A DNA stretch of 19,975 nt. Source: Caedimonas varicaedens. GTDB lineage: Bacteria; Pseudomonadota; Alphaproteobacteria; Caedimonadales; Caedimonadaceae. The translations under genes and the position numbers were made by a program. The notes below the pieces were generated by a model, which had not been told where the DNA came from, searched no databases, and worked only from the letters and a program-made list of their open reading frames with translations. The stretch spans positions 1 through 19,975 of the forward strand of contig BBVC01000003.1 in assembly GCA_001192655.1 (NCBI GenBank), read 5' to 3'. The first letter of the stretch is position 1. Each line of letters starts with the position of its first letter. Positions 13,922-19,975 of this stretch are shown here, piece by piece.

Positions 13922-14647
13922 ATGACGATGAATAATAACGATCTTATCCGAAAGATTGATTTTGGATTTGTCCTCCTTCCTCAGCCAGAAGTCATACGAA
14001 AAATAAAAGAGCTTGCTGAAACTGTTGTCACAGCGCTTTCTGCCGTACCAAAAATGGCTCCCCTTCCCTCTATTGTGGGTTCTCGGCAAAGAATGCAGGT
14101 AATTAATCCCCATGTTTCAGTAGGGCAATATGGTATTCTGGGCTGTGATCTTCCCTTGCTCTTTGAGATAGTTGAAGAAGTTTCCCGAAATTTCTCCCCT
14201 ATCACGGAAGAAATGAAAGATATTCCTGTTCAAGGAGACAACACTATTTCTCTTGAGTCCACTCATATAAATGCCACCGTTAATCAAAAAATCAGAGAAC
14301 TCTTTTTAAATCTACGCACAGGGTATTTTGACAGAATCGGCAGTCGATGCCCCATTAATCAGGCTCTTTATCAAAAAAGCCAGAACTTGGACAAAAACCA
14401 GGAAGAAGTTGGACTTATTGATCAATACTTTCAAAATTTTGGAATTCCGGAAGCAAACAGGATGAGACCTCATTTTACGCTTGTCTATAATCACGTATCA
14501 GACAGGGAATCCTTAAAAAAACTTCTCTCAGGGATTCAAATTCCCACCCCCCTCAAAGAAATTACTTTTTGTACTTTGGGTGTGGTTGAAATTGATTTTT
14601 GGGGAAATGCTTTAAAGGTTTTGTATGAATGTGACCTGAAAGAGTAA
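13922..14647 (+). CDS. Divergent 2H-phosphoesterase superfamily protein (LigT/ThpR-like)
   Basis: It has two H-x-(S/T)-x motifs in hydrophobic contexts. NPHVSVGQ has its His codon at 14111 and RPHFTLVY has its His codon at 14471. The spacing is ~120 aa, against ~80 aa in E. coli ThpR. Confidence 0.5.
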   Translation: MTMNNNDLIRKIDFGFVLLPQPEVIRKIKELAETVVTALSAVPKMAPLPSIVGSRQRMQVINPHVSVGQYGILGCDLPLLFEIVEEVSRNFSPITEEMKDIPVQGDNTISLESTHINATVNQKIRELFLNLRTGYFDRIGSRCPINQALYQKSQNLDKNQEEVGLIDQYFQNFGIPEANRMRPHFTLVYNHVSDRESLKKLLSGIQIPTPLKEITFCTLGVVEIDFWGNALKVLYECDLKE

Positions 14648-14681
14648 GGTGACTTGGCCAAAACTTTCAGGGCTTGCTGTT

Positions 14682-16061
14682 TCAGGAAACCCGCTCAACA
14701 ACCTTTAAGGATTGAGACATTCCCTGGGTACGAATAAATTTCGAAATAACAGGTACAATTTCTTCACGAAAGCGCCGACCATTAAAAACACCATAATGTC
14801 CCACGCCGGGCTGAAGGTGATATTGCCTTAAACGTGCGGGGACGTTTTCACAAAGATATAAAGCCGCCCGCGTTTGCCCAACACCTGAAATATCGTCTTT
14901 CTCTCCTTCAATGGCCAAAACGGCTGTTGAGTGGATCGCCAGAGGATCCACAATTTCACCCTTCCATTTAAACTTTCCTTTGGCAAGACTGTGCTCCTGA
15001 AAAGCAACCCGAACAGAATCAAGAAAATAATCAGCGGGTAAATCAAGGACAGAGCGATATTCATCATAAAACTTGCGATGCGCCTCGGCGCTTTCATGAT
15101 CACCTCTTACAAGATGCTCGTAAAGCTTTGCAGAAGCGTGCATATGCCGTTCCAGATTCAAATTCATAAAGCCGGAAAGCATAAGAAAGCCCGGACATAC
15201 ACGACGCAAGGCTCCTGGATAATAAAGAGGAACACGCGCGATAACGTGCTTGGAAAACCATTCCAGAGGTTTTTCTTTGGCCAACTTGTTGATTGCAGTA
15301 GGATTAATCCGCGTATCAATAGGCCCGCCCATCAGCGTCATGGATTTGGGCTGAAGCGGATCCTTATGTTGAGCCATCAGCGCCACTGTGGCAAGCACAG
15401 GAACGGCCGGTTGACAAACAGCGATGATGTGCAGGTCACAATCAAGATGATGAATAAAATCCATTAAATACTGAATATAATCCTCAAGGGTAAAAATCCC
15501 TTCCCATAAAGGAACTTCACGGGCATTCATCCAATCTGTTACATAAACATCATGATCTCTCAAAAGCCCTCGACACGTATCTCTTAAAAGTGTTGCATAA
15601 TGCCCTGAATAAGGAGCCACCACCAAAACAGACGGAAATTTTTCCTTGGGAGATTTTGTGCCGCACATCAATTCCCTTTTGAAATGTAATAATTGACAAA
15701 AAGGCTTTGCCTGAACAACTTCTTCTTCTATCTGATAGATATTGCCTTCAGATGATGTTGTTTCCGAAATATTAAAGCGTGGTTTTACATTGGTATAGCT
15801 TCGGGTTTGACGTTCAAAAACTTCCAGAACAGCCGCAGCATTAGGTCGCATGCCCGCCGCAGAAAAAATGGAAAAAGGAGTGTCATTATATGTTTTTCCC
15901 CACGTGGAAGCCTGGTTCAGGGGAGCTTTTGCAAAATTTCCCCAATCCCTCATATAATACACCATAGACATTTCCTGATAACGAAGAGTATCCTCTACAG
16001 GAGATGAAGAAGAGTCAAAATATTTTTTTATTTTCAGGCTTTCCGGAATATCAAGAAACAT
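14682..16061 (-). CDS. phaZ: Intracellular polyhydroxyalkanoate (PHB) depolymerase PhaZ
   Basis: The full-length pattern matches the intracellular PHA depolymerase family (VVAPYSGHYATLLRDT ... VYVTDW ... AVCQP ... MGGPIDTR ... HYGVFNG). The start is set at ATG 16061, which has AAGGAGG 5 nt upstream. The track start at 16079 has no SD, and ATG 15965 is another option. Confidence 0.8.
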   Translation of the reverse strand: MFLDIPESLKIKKYFDSSSSPVEDTLRYQEMSMVYYMRDWGNFAKAPLNQASTWGKTYNDTPFSIFSAAGMRPNAAAVLEVFERQTRSYTNVKPRFNISETTSSEGNIYQIEEEVVQAKPFCQLLHFKRELMCGTKSPKEKFPSVLVVAPYSGHYATLLRDTCRGLLRDHDVYVTDWMNAREVPLWEGIFTLEDYIQYLMDFIHHLDCDLHIIAVCQPAVPVLATVALMAQHKDPLQPKSMTLMGGPIDTRINPTAINKLAKEKPLEWFSKHVIARVPLYYPGALRRVCPGFLMLSGFMNLNLERHMHASAKLYEHLVRGDHESAEAHRKFYDEYRSVLDLPADYFLDSVRVAFQEHSLAKGKFKWKGEIVDPLAIHSTAVLAIEGEKDDISGVGQTRAALYLCENVPARLRQYHLQPGVGHYGVFNGRRFREEIVPVISKFIRTQGMSQSLKVVERVS

Positions 16062-16288
16062 CTGCCCCTCCTTATTCATATTATTGGTACAGACTCATGA
16101 ACTTTTCATCATCGAGTATATTTAAAATAATTTCAAGGCTTGTTTTGAGAGTTCTCTTCATACTCGTGTTTTTTATTCTTGAAAATATTTGAAATATAAA
16201 AAATTAAATATTTCATAATTTTTGCTGGACAAAAATGTCTCAACTAAGCATATTTTGGTAGGTTATTGTTTTTAAAAGGGGTAGAATC

Positions 16289-16801
16289 ATGTTTCAAATT
16301 TTGAAGAATAAATCTGTTTTTTCTGTAGGCGTCCAGGCGCTTATGGCAGGAAGCGTTGCCTTGCTGGTCAGCGGATGCGCACGCAATATTTCTCCTCATG
16401 CGTACTCTGATGCAACGGTCGGTGAAGCAACACGCACCTTGAGAGGAACAATTGTCAGCGTACGTACTGTACAGGTAGGTCCTGACAAATTAGAAAACAA
16501 CCTTGTCGGCGCAGGTATCGGTGGTGTGGCGGGTGGTGTCCTCGGCAATCAGTTTGGCAAGGGCAAAGGCAATCTTGCAACAACAGCAGGCGGTGCTATT
16601 TTAGGTGCGCTTGCCGGATCCTATGCTGAAAAAGAGCTCAAGACCCAGGATGCATTCGAATATGTTGTGCAGCTTCAAAATGGCGAAATGCGCACAGTTG
16701 TCCAAGGTATGGACATACGATTCAACCCCGGCCAACGCATTCTGCTCATGATCGGTGAACGTGGAAGGTCAAGAGTTGTGCCAGACACAGGCGGTTATTA
16801 A
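16289..16801 (+). CDS. Outer-membrane lipoprotein with a glycine-zipper domain (17-kDa surface antigen / SlyB-Pcp-like)
   Basis: It has a signal peptide with the lipobox LLVSGC, and a Gly-zipper GAGIGGVAGGVLGNQFG ... AGGAILGALAG. Confidence 0.8.
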   Translation: MFQILKNKSVFSVGVQALMAGSVALLVSGCARNISPHAYSDATVGEATRTLRGTIVSVRTVQVGPDKLENNLVGAGIGGVAGGVLGNQFGKGKGNLATTAGGAILGALAGSYAEKELKTQDAFEYVVQLQNGEMRTVVQGMDIRFNPGQRILLMIGERGRSRVVPDTGGY

Positions 16802-16822
16802 CCATACTCTTTCTATTGAAGG

Positions 16823-16886
16823 TCCCGTTTTCCATCTTCCTGAGATGTACCAGGAGTATGAAAACGGGATCTTTCATTGTTTTATT
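16823..16886 (+). terminator. Rho-independent terminator candidate after the lipoprotein gene
   Basis: TCCCGTTTTC (16823-16832) pairs with GAAAACGGGA (16860-16869), with an inner TCCTG/CAGGA pairing. It is followed by a T-rich stretch, tctttcattgttttatt. Confidence 0.5.
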
Positions 16887-17259
16887 AGCCCTTCTATTGT
16901 TTTTTCCTTACGATCAAAAAGATTGCCTATTAAAAAACTGGATTACTTGCCTTAAGATAAAAATAGGTGATGAATTATAATTTAGACACAAATCTTGTCC
17001 GCTGGCACCTGTGGCATGCGCGAAAAAGACTTGCAGAGCTTGAACTGAATGATGTAGATGAGTTATACAGATTAGGATTTAACAGAAAATAACGTGTATG
17101 GAATATTCGGGACAGAATTATATATTCAAAATTCTTTGGTAGGATCCTGACCATCGCGTATGTCCCTCTTCTAAAAAACATACTTGAAGACGCTTCCAGG
17201 ATTTTAAAAGTTTCTAAAGTAATTTCATTTAATATAGTAAGGATGATAAGAGAAAGCCT

Positions 17260-19083
17260 ATGATGAATCTTCGCAACATTGCCATTATTGCCCACGTTGA
17301 CCATGGAAAAACAACTCTTGTGGATACTCTTTTCCGTCAAAGTGGTACTTTTCGCGACAACCAGATTGTTGCAGAACGTGCCATGGATTCGAATGAGCTT
17401 GAACGTGAGCGCGGCATCACAATTTTGGCCAAATGCACATCGATTCAGTGGGAAGGCGTACGCCTGAATATCGTTGATACTCCTGGACATGCGGACTTTG
17501 GCGGAGAAGTTGAGCGTATCCTTAGCATGGTAGATGGGGTTATTCTTCTTGTAGATGCAGCAGAAGGACCTATGCCTCAAACAAAATTTGTCGTTATGAA
17601 GGCGCTGAAATTGGGCTTACGTCCTATTGTTGTCATTAACAAAGCTGACCGTCCTGATTCACGCGCTGATGAGGTAGTGGATGAGATTTTTGATCTTTTT
17701 GTGGCTCTTGAAGCCAATGAAAAGCAATTAGATTTCCCGCTTTTATTCGCCTCTGCAAAACAGGGTTGGGCTGTTCGTCATCTAAAGGATGACCATGAAT
17801 CCCTGACACCCCTTTTTGAAGCCATTGTGGATTATGTACCGGCACCCCATGTTGAAGTAGACGCTCCTTTTTCCATGCTGGTCACAACCCTGGAAGCAGA
17901 CCCTTATCTGGGACGAGTGTTAACAGGGCGAATTCAAACAGGTATTGCTCGTCTGAATATGCCTGTCAAAACGCTCAATGGATCTGGACAAATTCTTGAA
18001 ACGTCAAAATTAACAAAACTTTTAGCCTTCCGCGGATTAAAACGGGAACCTATTGAAGAAGCATCAGCAGGCGATATTATCGCCGTTGCAGGGTTAGAGC
18101 ACACAACAGTTGCAGATACCATTTGCTCTCTTGAGGTAACGGAAGCAATTCCTGCTCTTCCTATTGACCCACCAACACTTGTCATGACTTTCTCTATTAA
18201 TGATTCTCCGCTTGCGGGTCGTGAGGGCAAAAAAGTCACTTCTCGTATGATTCGTGATCGTTTATTTCAGGAAGCAGAAAGTAATGTTACAATTCAAATT
18301 CGGGAAAATGACGAAAAAGATTCCTTTGAGGTGGCCGGTCGAGGCGAACTTCAATTAGGCGTTTTGATTGAAACCATGAGGCGTGAAGGGTTTGAGCTTT
18401 CTGTCAGTCGTCCGCGCGTCGTTTATAAAAATGATCCGGAAACAGGGCAACGTCTCGAACCGATTGAGGAAGTACAAATCGACGTTGATGAAGAATTCTC
18501 TGGTATTGTCGTTGAAAAAATGGGACTGCGAAAAGGAGAAATGCGCGATATGCGTCCTTCAGGGGGCGGGAAAAATCGCATCACTTTCCTCGCGCCTGCC
18601 CGCGGTTTGATTGGATATCAAGGCGAATTTATGACAGATACGCGGGGAACAGGCGTTATGAGCCGCGTTTTTCATGCCTATGCTCCCTATAAAGGTTCTA
18701 TTTCCAAACAGCGTAACGGCGTACTGATCGCTACAGATACTGGCAAAGCTGTGGCTTACGCGCTTTTTAACCTTGAAGACCGGGGAATCTTTTTTATCAA
18801 TCCGGGTGACGAAGTTTATAATGGCATGATTATTGGAGAAAATAATCGTCAGCAAGACCTAGAAGTTAATCCTCTGAAAGCTAAACAGCTGACAAATGTT
18901 CGTGCTGCAGGCAAAGACGAAGCTATTCGTCTGACTCCCCCCAAAAGCATGACGCTTGAACAAGCCATGTCTTATATTGAAGATGACGAACTTGTAGAAG
19001 TGACCCCCCTGAATATTCGTCTTCGGAAACGTTATCTTGATCCCAATGAACGCAAACGCCTCAGTCGCCAAAAAGAAGATTAG
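17260..19083 (+). CDS. typA: Translational GTPase TypA/BipA
   Basis: It has [31 protein letters not shown] and NKADR motifs, an EF-G-like domain architecture and a length of 607 aa. Confidence 0.95.
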   Translation: MMNLRNIAIIAHVDHGKTTLVDTLFRQSGTFRDNQIVAERAMDSNELERERGITILAKCTSIQWEGVRLNIVDTPGHADFGGEVERILSMVDGVILLVDAAEGPMPQTKFVVMKALKLGLRPIVVINKADRPDSRADEVVDEIFDLFVALEANEKQLDFPLLFASAKQGWAVRHLKDDHESLTPLFEAIVDYVPAPHVEVDAPFSMLVTTLEADPYLGRVLTGRIQTGIARLNMPVKTLNGSGQILETSKLTKLLAFRGLKREPIEEASAGDIIAVAGLEHTTVADTICSLEVTEAIPALPIDPPTLVMTFSINDSPLAGREGKKVTSRMIRDRLFQEAESNVTIQIRENDEKDSFEVAGRGELQLGVLIETMRREGFELSVSRPRVVYKNDPETGQRLEPIEEVQIDVDEEFSGIVVEKMGLRKGEMRDMRPSGGGKNRITFLAPARGLIGYQGEFMTDTRGTGVMSRVFHAYAPYKGSISKQRNGVLIATDTGKAVAYALFNLEDRGIFFINPGDEVYNGMIIGENNRQQDLEVNPLKAKQLTNVRAAGKDEAIRLTPPKSMTLEQAMSYIEDDELVEVTPLNIRLRKRYLDPNERKRLSRQKED

Positions 19084-19133
19084 GGGCTTTACCGATCCCT
19101 CAAGTCAGGGTACCATCTTCAAAAGAATAATGT

Positions 19134-19781
19134 GTGATTATGATGGGTTCCAGTGTAAAAATTTATGTATCTCTTGTAGCAATCGGAATTTGCGTTGCGC
19201 TTTCCATGTGGGTAGGAAAGATTTACGATCAATATAAAAATATGTCTGCCTATACCCCGCTGGCTGAGATTGTGGATAAGGGTAGTACGGGACTTCCCCA
19301 CATTGGAGGGCCTTTTACCTTGACCGATCATCTGGGAAACTCTCGCACAGATGCGGATTTCAAGGGAAAATACATGATGGTTTACTTTGGCTACAGCTTT
19401 TGTCCCGACATTTGCCCTGCGGCTCTTTCAAATATGACAGAAGCGCTCATTCAACTGGAAACAAAAGCGGATCAAATTTATCCTCTTTTCATTACTATTG
19501 ATCCAGAGCGGGATACCAGCACACATCTGGCGCGCTACATTGGAATTTTTCATCCCCGCTTTATTGCCCTTACAGGAACCCCGCAACAAATTGAAAAAGC
19601 AAAAAAAGCGTACCGGGTTTACGGTACTAAAACAAAACCCGATGGGACAAGCACCGAATATGTGATGGATCATTCATCCATTATCTATGTCATGGATCGT
19701 CAAGGACGATTTGTGGCGCATTTTAACCATACGACTCCTCCTCAAGAGATGGTGCGTATTTTGAATACACTTATAAGCTAA
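19134..19781 (+). CDS. SCO1/SenC-family copper chaperone / thiol-disulfide oxidoreductase
   Basis: It has an N-terminal membrane anchor, the CxxxC motif FCPDICP and a conserved downstream His (MDHSSIIYVMD). The track start at 19134 is GTG. ATG codons at 19140 and 19143 are alternatives. Confidence 0.85.
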   Translation: MIMMGSSVKIYVSLVAIGICVALSMWVGKIYDQYKNMSAYTPLAEIVDKGSTGLPHIGGPFTLTDHLGNSRTDADFKGKYMMVYFGYSFCPDICPAALSNMTEALIQLETKADQIYPLFITIDPERDTSTHLARYIGIFHPRFIALTGTPQQIEKAKKAYRVYGTKTKPDGTSTEYVMDHSSIIYVMDRQGRFVAHFNHTTPPQEMVRILNTLIS

Positions 19782-19793
19782 GAAAGAAAATAT

Positions 19794-19973
19794 ATGACGT
19801 TACGCTTGCTCACCCTAGCTTTGGTTCTGTTTTTTTTGCCTACAGCGACTGCCGCAGAAGACGCTTTGCATTTCACGACAGAAACTTTTAAATCTCTTAT
19901 CAAGGATTTACAGCAAGAGCTTGAATCAGAGAAAATTGCTGAACAAAAAGATCGGGATCAGGTCTATAGCTAA
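19794..19973 (+). CDS. 59-aa predicted secreted small protein, below the ORF-track size cutoff
   Basis: ATG 19794 lies 12 nt after the SCO1-like stop. It has a signal-peptide-like N-terminus (MTLRLLTLALVLFFLPTATA-AED) and then a charged helical segment. The stop is TAA 19971-19973. Confidence 0.4.
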   Translation: MTLRLLTLALVLFFLPTATAAEDALHFTTETFKSLIKDLQQELESEKIAEQKDRDQVYS

Positions 19974-19975
19974 AA

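Noticed and set aside
16122-16168. CGAGTAT ... ATACTCG inverted repeat in the phaZ/lipoprotein divergent spacer
   Set aside because: It is only 7 bp with a ~33-nt loop in very A+T-rich DNA, which is within chance expectation.
17003-17018. TGGCAC ctgtg GCAT, resembling a sigma-54 -24/-12 promoter upstream of typA
   Set aside because: The GG and GC elements are separated by 8 nt rather than the required 10, and the resident NtrX lacks the GAFTGA loop needed for sigma-54 activation.

Overview
Most of this window looks like an ordinary housekeeping segment of an alphaproteobacterial chromosome. The evidence for that placement is the ntrY-ntrX-trkA synteny, an NtrC-type Fis-like gene and a 17-kDa-antigen-like glycine-zipper lipoprotein. 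The sequence is moderately A+T-rich and may come from an intracellular or endosymbiotic lineage, but that is an inference. Core genes in order are trkA(-), ntrX(-), ntrY(-), a small Fis/NtrC-C-terminal-like gene(-), ftsY(+), gpmI(+), infC(-), thrS(-), a divergent 2H-phosphoesterase-like gene(+), phaZ(-), a glycine-zipper lipoprotein(+), typA/bipA(+), an SCO1/SenC-family gene(+) and a 59-codon secreted-peptide ORF(+). The one clearly accessory region is the left end (1..2905). A large protein enters from upstream of the window and carries three ~95-aa tandem repeats. It ends in a compact C-terminal domain that I read as a polymorphic-toxin-type module, possibly a colicin E3/cloacin-like RNase. 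A translationally coupled 123-aa Cys-rich ORF follows (candidate immunity protein), then a small protein with SPYNY heptad repeats. After that comes a 14-codon remnant of a second, diverged copy of the immunity gene. The toxin reading frame is interrupted by a single in-frame TAG inside a repeat unit. Secondary observations are listed in the findings. They include a Fis-sized gene exactly where ntrC normally sits, a ~130-nt imperfect palindrome between ftsY and gpmI, a probable non-AUG infC start and a GAFTGA-less NtrX. No rRNA, tRNA, CRISPR array, transposase or integrase was seen. All family assignments come from reading the translations and from remembered motifs. No database search was run.
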